Positions 1 to 9,661 of a stretch of 64,000 bases of DNA are shown here, piece after piece. The position numbers and the translations under genes are program-made. This stretch comes from an uncultured Candidatus Binatia bacterium (lineage in GTDB: Bacteria > Desulfobacterota > Binatia > UBA9968 > JAJDTQ01): the NCBI GenBank assembly GCA_965213675.1, contig OZ243916.1:1376001-1440000 (forward strand). The letters run 5' to 3'. The number at the start of each line of letters is the position of its first letter. Positions within the stretch are counted from its first letter, which is position 1. The notes under the pieces are model-generated. The model was not told the DNA's origin, did no database searches, and saw nothing but the letters and a program-made list of their open reading frames with translations.

Positions 1-92
1 GGTTCGGAACCGACCGCCGAGAATCCGTCGGATTCCTCCCGTCGGCACCAATATTCGCCCCCGCCGCCGGTGTCAGGGAGCCTGCGGCCGCA

Positions 93-371
93 TCACGCCG
101 GATCGAAACTGATCCGAAGCCGAGTGCCGGTGGCCTGGGCGATCCTCTCCAGGGTCCGGGTGGACGGATGGATGCGGCCGCTCTCGAGGCGGGCAACGAC
201 CGACTGCGTCGTCTCCATGCGTTCCGCCAACTCGGCCTGGGTCAGCGCGGCACGCCTGCGGGCCTCGATCAGCATGCGCGCCAACGCAAACTCCGGCTCA
301 AGACGATCATAGGCTTCCCTATACTCCGGATCGTTGCTCCATTCCCTGTGCAACTCCGATACCTTGGTCAT
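93..371 (-). CDS. XRE/HTH antitoxin (HigA-like)
   Basis: 92 aa with HTH 'LTQAELAERMETTQSVVARLESGRIHPSTRTLERIA'; start overlaps the toxin stop (ATGA). Confidence 0.9.
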   Translation of the reverse strand: MTKVSELHREWSNDPEYREAYDRLEPEFALARMLIEARRRAALTQAELAERMETTQSVVARLESGRIHPSTRTLERIAQATGTRLRISFDPA

Positions 372-694
372 TGCGATATCTCCCCGGCGCGCCTGAGCGC
401 CAATGCAATCTCACGTTTCGGCGTCCGCCGCGTCTTCTTGAGGAACGCGCGCACAACCACCACTCGTCTGTCCCGTGCGGTGACGTAGAGTGCCCGCGAT
501 ATCCCCTCACGGCCGCTCATGCGCATTTCCCAAAGCGGACCGGCGAGGCGCCGGACATGGGGCATTTCCATGCGTTCGAGACCGAACTCGGCGATCAACT
601 CACAGATGCGCGCGAAGCGTGCGCGCATATCGTGCGGCAAGGCGCGCAACTCCGCGTCCACGGTTTCGTTGAGGGTCTCGACGGTCCAATTCAT
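368..694 (-). CDS. Type II toxin, RelE/ParE superfamily (HigB/Gp49-like)
   Basis: 108 aa MNWTVETLNETV...PHVRRLAGPLWEMRMSGREGISRALY...FLKKTRRTPKREIALA; toxin-first order. Only the 3' end of the 368..2500 ORF is real. Confidence 0.9.
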   Translation of the reverse strand: MNWTVETLNETVDAELRALPHDMRARFARICELIAEFGLERMEMPHVRRLAGPLWEMRMSGREGISRALYVTARDRRVVVVRAFLKKTRRTPKREIALALRRAGEISQ

Positions 695-702
695 GCCCCA
701 TG

Positions 703-723
703 ATTGTATCGCAAATTTGCTAT
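703..723 (-). promoter_or_regulatory. TA promoter -10 (TACAAT) with overlapping palindromic operator
   Basis: Minus-strand TACAAT at 703-708, 8 nt before the toxin ATG; near-perfect palindrome ATCGCAAATTTGCTAT at 708-723. Confidence 0.6.
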
Positions 724-922
724 GCGCGCCACCACGGAAAGACCTCTCGCGACGCGAGGATCGCACGGACGGGCCGCGACTGGGCAACACGACAATTGAC
801 GCCAAGCGGCGACACCGCTGTGAGGCGGCCGTTCCACCCCTTGTTGTCAGTCTGCAAAGCGCGTATCCGGGCTCCATGGATACAAGAAGCGCGAGTGAAC
901 ACGCAACTGGGGGGAGGCCTGG

Positions 923-2473
923 ATGGTAGCCTCCATCGGCGTCATCGCCTCGCCGTCCTAGGGTGTGGCCTACTACGAGAAGGACGGATACTACGCCAGG
1001 GAAGATCCCGCCCACAGGGAAGCGAGCGCCTGGGCGGGCAAGGGCGCAGAGGATCTGGGGCTTTCGGGTCCGGTTGATCCCGACACCTTCAAGGCCGTGC
1101 TCGAAGGGAAGGTCCCGGACGGCCCGCACCTGGGCAAGCGGGACAAGGACGGTGAGATCCACCACCGGCCGGGCCGCGACGTCACGCTTTCGGCTCCCAA
1201 GTCGGTCTCCCTCATGGCGCTTGTGGGAGGCGACGAGCGGATCGTGGCCTCTCACGACCGGGCCGTGACGCGGACCCTCGCCTGGGTCGAGCGGAACGCC
1301 GTCGAGACCAGGATGCAGGACAGGGCGAGCGGAGCGACGGTCCACGCCGGCGGCCAGCAGATGGTGGCGGCAACCTTCCGCCACGACACATCCCGAAACC
1401 TCGACCCCCAGCTCCACATTCATGCCGTGGTGGTGAACATGGTGCAGGGCGAGGATGGGAGATGGAGGACGATGGTCAACGACGGGCTCTACCGGAACAA
1501 GATGGCGATCGGCGCGGTCTACCGCGCTGAGCTTGCCCGGGATCTCAAGGATCTTGGGTACGGGATCGAGAAGACGCACGCGGACGGACGGTTCGAGATC
1601 GCGGGGGTAACACGGGAGGTGGTGGAGGGGTTCTCGACGCGGCGGGCGGAGATCGAGGCGGCGATGGCGGCGCGGGATGAAGGGGCGCCTTTGGAGAACC
1701 CGAAGCTGGCGGACCGCGCGGCGTTGATGACGCGGGCGAGGAAACGGGACGTGGACAAGGGAGAGCTTCGGCGGTCGTGGGAGCGCCAAGCGGCGGAACT
1801 CGGGTTCTCGGCCGACACCGTGCGCGCGAAGGCGACGCGAGCGGAGCGGGAACTGCCCTTGCCGGACCTGTTCTCGGACCGGGGAGAGCGCGGTGCGGAG
1901 GCCGCGGCCTGGGCGGTGGAGCACCTTTCCGAGCGCCAGGCGGTGTTCTTGCACGGGGATCTTCTTGCAGCGGTGCTGGCGCGGGAACCGGGCGCGGTGA
2001 CAGCCGAGGCGGCGGAACGGGCCATCGCGGAGCTCGAACGCGAGAGCGGCCTTCATGCCGCGAAGGGTCTGGAATCCGGAAAACACTGGACCACGGACGC
2101 GGCAATGGCGCGGGAGTCGGAGGCGATCGCGCTGATGAAGGCGGGCCAGGGCACCGAAAAGACGATCATGCGGGGTTGGATCGCGGAGACGAAGCTCCAC
2201 GGGGGCCGTCTCAACGAGGGGCAGAAGGAAGCGGTGAAGCTGATCCTCTCGTCGAAAGACCGGGTGTTGGGGGTGCAGGGCTACGCCGGCACGGGCAAGA
2301 CGACGATGCTGAACCGGCTCCGGACGCTCACGGAGAGCCGGGGCTACAACACAATGGGCCTCGCTCCGTCGGACTTTCGAGTCCGCCAAGTGCTTGCGGG
2401 GGTGTGTTCGCACCCACATGCGACCGGTACACGGCAGCGTCGCAAACCGGTATCGCCTTTTCCATGGTGTTAG
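923..2473 (+). pseudogene. MOBF (TrwC/TraI-type) relaxase-helicase, disrupted
   Basis: ATG 923 after GGAGG gives MVASIGVIASPS*GVAYYEKDGYY (TAG at 959-961); motifs DVTLSAPKSVS and HDTSRNLDPQLHIH; helicase Walker A GYAGTGKTT; homology stops after 'GLAPS' (~2370). Confidence 0.85.
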
Positions 2474-2855
2474 GCGGTACGAGGGGCTCGAATCGGGCAA
2501 GGGAGCGCACCCGGGCGCAGACAGGGCTCGTCAGGCAGCACGATGCGTCGGGTGTGAGAAGAATAACGGCTCTGCCGTAGAGACGGAGCCGCATGGCGGT
2601 ACATCGGCGACTGGAGACGAAAGACGCGTGATATCAGCAGGTTAGCCCGAGCGGCGCTTGAGCGGGAGAGGGAGGTCATAGCATAAAGGGCCGAAGCCGC
2701 GGATCACGGGCGGTCTCCGGGCATTTGCAGCCGTGGCGGCGCGAGCGCAGTTCTGGCAGCGAAGATTCCCTGGGGAGCCGGGTGCGACGCTCGGGAGAAC
2801 CGGGGCGGTTCCCTGGAGAATCACCGCGTATGACGACCTGCCGTACATGCTTGTT

Positions 2856-2933
2856 TTATCGGCAGTTTATTCCGTCCTACGCCGTGTTACGGAAGCACTA
2901 CAATACGGTTACACGCGCTTACAATCCACTTAC
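2856..2933. repeat. Helically phased array of eight YTAY tetramers
   Basis: TTAT/TTAT/CTAC/TTAC/CTAC/TTAC/TTAC/TTAC start at 2856, 2867, 2877, 2887, 2898, 2909, 2919, 2930. Confidence 0.65.
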
Positions 2934-3394
2934 AGCAGCCCGGACCGGGCAATTGGCCGGCGGCTGCGCTGGCGGCGAAGTGGATGCAAGGCATTCGGGG
3001 CTACATGGCCGCCGGGCATCGTGAGCACACGGGGATTGGCGGGCGCGGCAGGTGTCAGGGCCGCACCGCCCACAACCTCAACGAGCTCACTGTCCACCTT
3101 GCCGCGGCTCAAGCCTGACAGAGGCGTGTCCTGGTTCCCGCGGCGAGAAACACGACCACCCGGGAACTCGACAGACTCCGGACGGCGCTTGGGCGTCGGG
3201 TTCCCCCGCGCACCTGCAGGAACACGTCCCGGACCATCGTGCGGGTTCCTGACCGGCGTCAAGGAAACGGGAACAGACAAGGCGATGCTCGGCGGACCGA
3301 CACACGCCGCGACACTCACTCGATCATTGCTGTCGGCGGTGCTGCAGATGTGCCGGACATTCCAGAAGTCGCCGGTGAACAGGGCGGTGCGGCT

Positions 3395-4497
3395 GACGGG
3401 TACAGGCCGGAGACGCGTCTGGACGGCGAGCCAGCGGATGAAATCCATGCCGACCTCACGGCCAAGCGCGGCGGAACCGGGATCGACCTGACCGGGGCGC
3501 CGCCTACCGGCGAACGGCGGGGTTGCCTTCATGGGGGATACCAAGAGCGGGGCGTTTGACGTTTCCGGTGATCTCGCGCGGGAGTGGTTGCGCCTTCCGG
3601 CCAATCCGAACGGGCGGCCCAACTCCGATGTTCTGAGGCCCTGGGTCAACGGAATGGACCTCACCCGTCGCCCGGCGGGCAAGTGGATCGTGGATTTCGG
3701 CTGGAACATATCGGAAGCGGACGCGGCGCTCTATGAGGAGCCCTTCCGGCACGTGAAGGAACACGTTTGGCCGATGCGGCAGCGGAACCGCCGCGAGTCT
3801 TATCGTCTCAATTGGTGGCGGCATGTCGAGCCGCGACAAGGCATGTGGGAGGCGCTTGACGGTTTGCGGCGTTTCATCGTGACGCCGACGGTTTCCAAGC
3901 ACCGGCTGTTCGTCTGGCTCGATGCGGGGGTCTGCCCCGACCACCAGCTCATCGTCATCGCCCACGACGACGATCTAACCTTCGGCATCCTGCACAGCCG
4001 GTTTCACGAAGCGTGGTCGCTACGGCTTGGCACCAGCCTCGAAGATCGCCCGCGCTACACGCCGACCACCACGTTCGAGACCTTCCCGTTCTCAGACGGC
4101 CTTTCGCCTGACATTCGTGCCGCCGACTACTCGGACGCCCCGCGCGCTATGGCCATCGCCGAGGCTGCGCGGCGGCTGGTCGAGTTGCGCGATCGTTGGC
4201 TCAACCCGCCGGAATGGGTTGAGTGGGTGGAGGAGCCGATGCCAGGCTACCCCAAGCGACCGGGCGCCCGCGACGAGGCGGCAGCGAAGAAACTCAAGGC
4301 CCGCACGCTGACCAATCTCTACAACGCCCGTCCGCAATGGCTCGCCGACGCACACGTGGCGCTCGACGCCGCCGTTGCCGCAGCTTACGGGTGGGATGCG
4401 GAGATTTCCCAGGGACGACGCGCTGTCAGAGTTATTGGCGATGAACCTGTCAGGCGAAGCTGCGTCTTCGTTCCGTGCGTTGCGGATCCGGTCGTAG
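3395..4497 (+). pseudogene. C-terminal remnant of an MmeI/YeeA-like type IIL/IIG DNA methyltransferase (target-recognition region)
   Basis: RLDGEPADEIHADLT / FMGDTKSGAFD...GILHSRFHEAW...RYTPTTTFETFPF...RTLTNLYNARPQWLADAH / DDALSELLAMNL spread across frameshifts near 3500 and 4413; no N-terminal MTase motifs. Confidence 0.8.
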
Positions 4498-5075
4498 CGC
4501 TGAGCGGATACGATCCTCCAGGACCGTTGCGTCGTACTCGGCCTCAATCTCCAGGAACTGAACTTTGGCTTACGGACAGCCTCCCGCTTCACCGCATCGC
4601 GCATGAACGCTCCATTCTGGTGATGACCGTGCCCCTGATACTCCACCGCCAGCGTTGGCAGGCCGATACGGTCGATGACCAGGAAATCCAGGCGCTTGCT
4701 ATTTATGGAGCGAAACGCGAGATTGCGGGATTCTTCCGATCCTGACCCCCGCGCTGGTGCGATAATCTCGCCCAGGCTGGTTTGGGCCATGACGCGATGG
4801 CCACCGCCGATTTCGCGAGTGATCTTCTCAAGGATCTGGAGAATGCCGTACTCGGGTTTGTTGAGAAGGCGACGCGGCTCGAAGTCGACTCTGGAAATGA
4901 ACTCCATTTGCGCCTTCGGATCGCCAAGGCGCGACTCATCGGATCGGAGACCTTCCGCCTGCCGATTTCCGGTGTTTCTCGGAGGCCTCCCGGGGAACCT
5001 TCGAAAGCGGGGGCTGCGCTTGGAAGCAACCCGTTTTAGAACCGCCATAAAGACGGCGAGCGCAATCAGCCACCC
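4450..5075 (-). pseudogene. DUF2726-family (PD-(D/E)XK-like) protein, frameshifted
   Basis: RLLNKPEY...RVMAQTSLGEII...SKRLDFLVID...LAVEYQGHGH...RDAVKREAVR; a 1-nt shift near 4570 restores AKVQFLEIEAEYDATVLEDRIRSAL...* (stop 4450). Confidence 0.7.
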
Positions 5076-5078
5076 CCT

Positions 5079-5830
5079 CTATCCAGTCGCGTAGAGGTTC
5101 GCAAGCGCGTTTCCATGCGGACAGGCGCGGTCAAAGGTCGTTCGAGCGGTGCGGGTGCTCGGCGTCGAAACCCATCGGTTCGCGATCCGACCCGCCGCCT
5201 TCTCGGCCGCGGCCTGCAACGGGTTGTCGTCGAGACGGGCATGGAGGGCGGTCGTGGCGAGCCGCCGGTGACCGAGGAGCTTCCCGACGGTGGGGAGACA
5301 CACGCCGTTCATGACGCCCTGGAACGCCCGGGAATCCCGCAGAGGTCTTCGGGGAACACCCCCCTGTCCTCGATGCTGGGAAGCGAAGCGAGCAGCTTTG
5401 GCGCTTCCGGCCCGAGCCAGATCGTGCGCGGCCCGGTCTTCCCGCGCCCTCCCGTCGGCCTCGGCCAGCGCGCCGATCTCGTCCCACCGCAGGTTGACCC
5501 CTTCCGACAACCGCGCCTCGGTGAAGCCCAACAGGCGGAGCGCCGCCAACCGCCACGGATGGGATTGTTGGTGCCTGTCCAGCACCGCGCCGAGCCGCCG
5601 CAACTCCTCTTGGTCGAGGTATCTGCCGATGGGTCTTCGCGTGTTGCGCGTGATGTTGGCGCAGGCATCGGGAACGTTCTCGCCAAGCTTACCCCTTTGC
5701 CGCGTGATCTTGAGCATGGCGCGCAGCACCTCGGACGCCCGGTTGGCGGCGCCGGGCCTGCCCGCGCTCGCCGCGTCGAACTGACACCCCGCGTGGTAGA
5801 TGTCCCACACTTCGAGCGTAGTGGCCTTCC
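5079..5830 (-). pseudogene. Degenerate tyrosine recombinase/integrase
   Basis: RYLDQEELRRLGAVL, LLGFTEARLSEGVNLRWDEI, KTGPRTIWL (other frame), VGKLLGHRRLATTALHA; HxxR box missing and catalytic Tyr apparently replaced. Confidence 0.75.
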
Positions 5831-6288
5831 AGCGGCTCCGGCGCTGGTTGACATGCGACGAGAAGTCTTGGAGCATGACGTGATGGACACGACAGGTAGA
5901 GTACAGGTATAGGCTGCGCTGTTGACAGTTCGCCTGGGCTCGCTCACAGGGTCGCCGTCGAGGCGTTCGACCGGCGGGCCGAAGAAATTTCGGCCGAAGG
6001 GTTGACAAGTGGGGTCAGCGTCCATGATTAGCCGAGCCGAGCCGTCTCCCGCCGTTCCACGGGGAGTCTTCCAATCTTCCCTCGAACATAGTCGGTACAC
6101 GTCACAACACTTTGCCCCGCGAAGGCCTAGCGATGGTGGTTCGGCAAGAACGCCGCCCGATCGTGTCGCGAGGTCGCCTACTTCCTTCTTCAAAATTGTC
6201 TGCTCGCGTGGAGCGGTTGACGGCGCTGATCCGTCACGACTGCCGTCAGTTGCAAAATTCCTGAGTTCATATGTGGAGGAGTTCAGCA

Positions 6289-7545
6289 ATGCAGAATACC
6301 ATTTATCGAAAATGTAGTTGGCTCGCCGCGTGTTTGGCGATTTTGGCGGGTTGCAGTGGTGGAAGCGACGGCGGGTCCACATCGGGAGACATGATGCGGC
6401 CACTCCCTGTTGACGGAACAGAGTTTGCCGACTTGAACCCGACTAACGCGGGCTACGCGGCGATTGCTGTCAGCCGAGCCGCTGACGCCAGACCTCGTTC
6501 GGGCAGCATCACGCAATCGTCAAATGTGAACAATGGCATCACGGTGGATCGCGTAACAGTAACGGCTCAGCATGGGGCCGAGAGAAACAGCTACTCTATC
6601 CGGAACGGAACTTTGTGGTCTGTCGGAACGAGCGACGGCAGTCCTGTGGATATCGATGCGACCGCTCCATTCGATGGTCAAGAACTGCACAAGCGCATCC
6701 CCGGCGGCACGCTATATGTAGATGTCTACTCTGACATAGAAGCGCCTTCGTTGAGGGAGGTGGTAACCTCTAGCGGTACGCCAGTACGACTGGAGGACAG
6801 TTTGGGTTCAACGATCGGCGGTTTGACGTTGGACGAAATCAACGCGCGAATGGGTGATGGGGAGCTGGATGGAGTTCCGGGGACATTTTCGTGCGACAGA
6901 GCCGGGGGCGGGAGCTGTCCTGCCTTCTTTGGCACGCATTTCGACCCGAGGGGTACGGACTGGATTTTCACTCCGCATGGGTCGACGCGTACTGAGTCAA
7001 CACCCGATGCCGACTATCTGGCTGGCGGTGTCTGGCTGTTCATGCCCGACAATGCCACGAACGCGGACGATGTCGTGTTCGGCGCCTTCGGTGATGGCAG
7101 CGATCCATTCGACCAGCACAGTGTCATGGCACTTCAAGGCCCCGCAAGCTACAATGGTTTGGTGGCCGGGGTATATTCGGCCAAATCGGGCGGCGATACG
7201 GAAATTGGCTACGTGGATGGCCGTGTCTCTCTCACGGTCGATTTCGGCGGAGGAAGGGACCTCGGAACGATCGGCGGATCGGTCACCGGTATCGAAGTGG
7301 ACGGCGACCCGATTTCCGGCTCCCTGACCTTGGGAACTGCCAACATCGGCGGTTCCGACAGCGGCTTCTTCGAGGGCAATCTGAGCGGCACTGTGGGAGC
7401 GGCCGGCTACACGGGAAGATGGGGTGGTCAGTTCTTCGGCAACCGCGAGGCGGATGGGGAGCCAGGATCGGTCGGCGGCACGTTGGGCGGGCGATCCGCA
7501 GATCGCTCTACAAGCTTCGTGGGAGTCTTCGGCGCCTACAAATGA
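6289..7545 (+). CDS. Surface lipoprotein with TbpB-like C-terminal beta-barrel (Slam-substrate type)
   Basis: GGAGGA RBS, lipobox LAG-C, Gly/Ser linker, 'DYLAGGVWL', 'GPASYNGLVAGVY', 'GRWGGQFFG...GSVGGTLG...FVGVFGAYK'. Confidence 0.75.
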   Translation: MQNTIYRKCSWLAACLAILAGCSGGSDGGSTSGDMMRPLPVDGTEFADLNPTNAGYAAIAVSRAADARPRSGSITQSSNVNNGITVDRVTVTAQHGAERNSYSIRNGTLWSVGTSDGSPVDIDATAPFDGQELHKRIPGGTLYVDVYSDIEAPSLREVVTSSGTPVRLEDSLGSTIGGLTLDEINARMGDGELDGVPGTFSCDRAGGGSCPAFFGTHFDPRGTDWIFTPHGSTRTESTPDADYLAGGVWLFMPDNATNADDVVFGAFGDGSDPFDQHSVMALQGPASYNGLVAGVYSAKSGGDTEIGYVDGRVSLTVDFGGGRDLGTIGGSVTGIEVDGDPISGSLTLGTANIGGSDSGFFEGNLSGTVGAAGYTGRWGGQFFGNREADGEPGSVGGTLGGRSADRSTSFVGVFGAYK

Positions 7546-7624
7546 TCGAGAAGCCGGTTCGAGGTTGCAAACCGAAAGCAGGGCAGCGCCAGCGCTGCCC
7601 TGCTCGCTTTCTTTCGATACGTCC

Positions 7625-7870
7625 ATGCAGTTCGTCCGCGCTATCGCTTTCGTGATCGTGTTCGCCGCCACGCCCCGCGCCGCTTCGGAAGAGAGGACGT
7701 ATATTTCGTCCGATCCGGGGGAAGCGTGCAAGAGCCCTGATTGACAGCGGCTGGTTTCGGTTCGCGTTGCACCCCGTGCCCCCGGTTCATCCGGATCGCA
7801 CGGATGTCCTGTTTCTCGTGGGACTGGCGGCGCTCGGTGCGGGGCAGCCCTCGCAGTCAGGAGACCGCGT
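7625..7870 (+). pseudogene. N-terminal remnant of a Slam/DUF560-like TPR outer-membrane protein
   Basis: Signal peptide MQFVRAIAFVIVFAATPRA, then after a frameshift ARALIDSGWFRFAL...HPDRTDVLFLVGLAALGA (TPR-like); lies directly after the TbpB-like gene. Confidence 0.5.
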
Positions 7871-7913
7871 TCTTCCCAAAGAACCAACGGGTAGCGTTAC
7901 AACGAGAAATGAT

Positions 7914-8951
7914 ATGCTCTGGAACGTTCTTCCGCGACCGGTCGCTCACCTTATCGGCGTGTGCATACCGCTGGCGCTTGGGCTGACCGGGTGTTTGTCG
8001 GACGATTCCTACCTCGTGCGAAGAGGATCGCGCGTGAACATCGCCACGACCACGCCGCCGGGGAGTCCATCGGATCGGTCCGTCTTGAAGCAGTTGCCGA
8101 CCACAACTCGATCCGTGGTGAAGGTGGATACGTCAACGACGAGAGACACCGGCATTCAAGGCAAAGGGTATTTGGTCTCCATCGGGAGAGTCGCACTGGA
8201 CAACCATGCAGGAGGCGATCTCTTTTCCGAGCCCGACGTCTATGTGCAGGTTCAACGCCGGGATCCACTTGTTCTTGAAGCCATACGGCGCGAGGAAGAC
8301 AGGCTTTCCGTTTTGAACGCTCGAAAGAAGGCTTTGGAGAAGGAGATGGAGTCGCTTCAAGCCAGGAAGAGAAAGAGCGAAGTCGTGCCGGGTGAGCCCC
8401 TTTCTCAAACTCGACTTCGGCGATTGGCTGAACTGACCCGCACCACGGAAGGCGCGTGCGAGGGACTATTGGCAGATAACGAATGCCGGAAGTGCGAGCG
8501 ATACGACGAAAGGCAGGTCTGCCGCGAGTGTGAGGCATGCAAGGAGCTGCGATTTCTTCTGAAGAAGAAGGCGGAAAGCGAAGTTGTTCCCGGAGCTGTT
8601 CTTGATCCAAAGGAATGGGAGCGCCTGCGAGAGTTGGAGGCATTGGTCGAGGGGCTTGCGAAGGACATAGGCGACACGCGCTCAACGGCAAGCCGGTTTC
8701 GCAAGAAAATTACGGCAAAGACCCATACCGTGACAACTCCCGGCCTTCGCCTGGATTACGGATTCCGGTCCATTTTGGAAGTCTTTCCGGGCGATAAGCT
8801 TTGGGTGTCGGTCTACGATGAGGATGTCGGTGAAGACGATCTCTACGGATCTACAGTGTTTCGAGTTCCGAAGGGCCCAATGACACAAAGGGAAGTGGAA
8901 TTGTCGATGCCAAATGTTCGGTCGGTGATTCTGAGGCTGAGGTTGCGTTGA
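7914..8951 (+). CDS. Lipoprotein with a C2 domain split by a Cys-rich coiled-coil insert
   Basis: Lipobox LTG-C; C2-like DLFSEPDVYVQV ... KLWVSVYDEDVGEDDLYG; helical insert with six Cys. Confidence 0.7.
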   Translation: MLWNVLPRPVAHLIGVCIPLALGLTGCLSDDSYLVRRGSRVNIATTTPPGSPSDRSVLKQLPTTTRSVVKVDTSTTRDTGIQGKGYLVSIGRVALDNHAGGDLFSEPDVYVQVQRRDPLVLEAIRREEDRLSVLNARKKALEKEMESLQARKRKSEVVPGEPLSQTRLRRLAELTRTTEGACEGLLADNECRKCERYDERQVCRECEACKELRFLLKKKAESEVVPGAVLDPKEWERLRELEALVEGLAKDIGDTRSTASRFRKKITAKTHTVTTPGLRLDYGFRSILEVFPGDKLWVSVYDEDVGEDDLYGSTVFRVPKGPMTQREVELSMPNVRSVILRLRLR

Positions 8952-9502
8952 ATGACGCCCGGACCTCCCAGGCAGTCATGAGGGTCTCCAGTATTCGCTG
9001 CCTTCGCCATCTCTGCTCGGCATTTGTTGCCCTAGTCGCGATACTATTCTGTGCCGAGGCCTCTGCCAACCCACGCGCATGTCCAAAGTGGAACACCCTG
9101 GAGTTTTTTCGCGAGGCAACGGCTGGCGACGTTCAAAGGTGTCTGAATGAGGGCGCAGACGCAAATGCGAGGGGCCGTTACGGAGAAACACCGCTGCACA
9201 GGGCAGGAATGGTTAGCGAATCAGCCGTTGTCCATGCACTCGTCAGTGCAGGCGCAGACGTAACGGCACGGAACAGTGGCGGAGAGACACCGCTGCACAA
9301 GGCGGGAAGTGCGGCGGCAGTCATGATCCTCGTCAACGCAGGCGCTGATCCGAACGCAGCCGACTACGGTGGCTGGGCGCCGCTGGATGTGGCGAAGGAC
9401 GCGGAGGTGATCCAGGAACTCACCGATTCTGGCGCCAAATTCAGCCCGACGCTAATCGGCGAGTGTCTCTCTTCTCAGGAAACGGGGAAGCAATGCGAGT
9501 AG
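8948..9502 (+). CDS. Secreted ankyrin-repeat protein
   Basis: Hydrophobic signal, then GADANARGRYGETPLHRA, GADVTARNSGGETPLHKA, GADPNAADYGGWAPLDVA; start may be ATG 8978. Confidence 0.9.
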   Translation: MNDARTSQAVMRVSSIRCLRHLCSAFVALVAILFCAEASANPRACPKWNTLEFFREATAGDVQRCLNEGADANARGRYGETPLHRAGMVSESAVVHALVSAGADVTARNSGGETPLHKAGSAAAVMILVNAGADPNAADYGGWAPLDVAKDAEVIQELTDSGAKFSPTLIGECLSSQETGKQCE

Positions 9503-9661
9503 CCGGGATGGCGAGTACGAAATGGGACCATAGGCGACCGGTCGCGGGATCGGCCACCAGCCTGCCGCCAGCCGCAGGCCTTGTGGACTTCGGCCAAGCT
9601 CAAAAAGTGTCTGTCCTGGAGGTTTGTGTACAATCGTCGGAAACGCCTTCCCCGCACGCCA

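Noticed and set aside
959-961. Programmed amber readthrough (pyrrolysine or recoding) in the relaxase
   Set aside because: TAG is an ordinary stop in many genes here and the same gene is also truncated; a simple nonsense mutation is more likely
368-2500. 710-aa minus-strand ORF
   Set aside because: Antisense shadow of the relaxase; only the last 108 aa (the toxin) are a real gene
2328-2848. Short ORFs resembling a YefM N-terminus (MTSLSRSSAARANL) or an IS integrase tail (NTPPQALGG)
   Set aside because: Resemblance is limited to a few residues with no continuing homology or RBS
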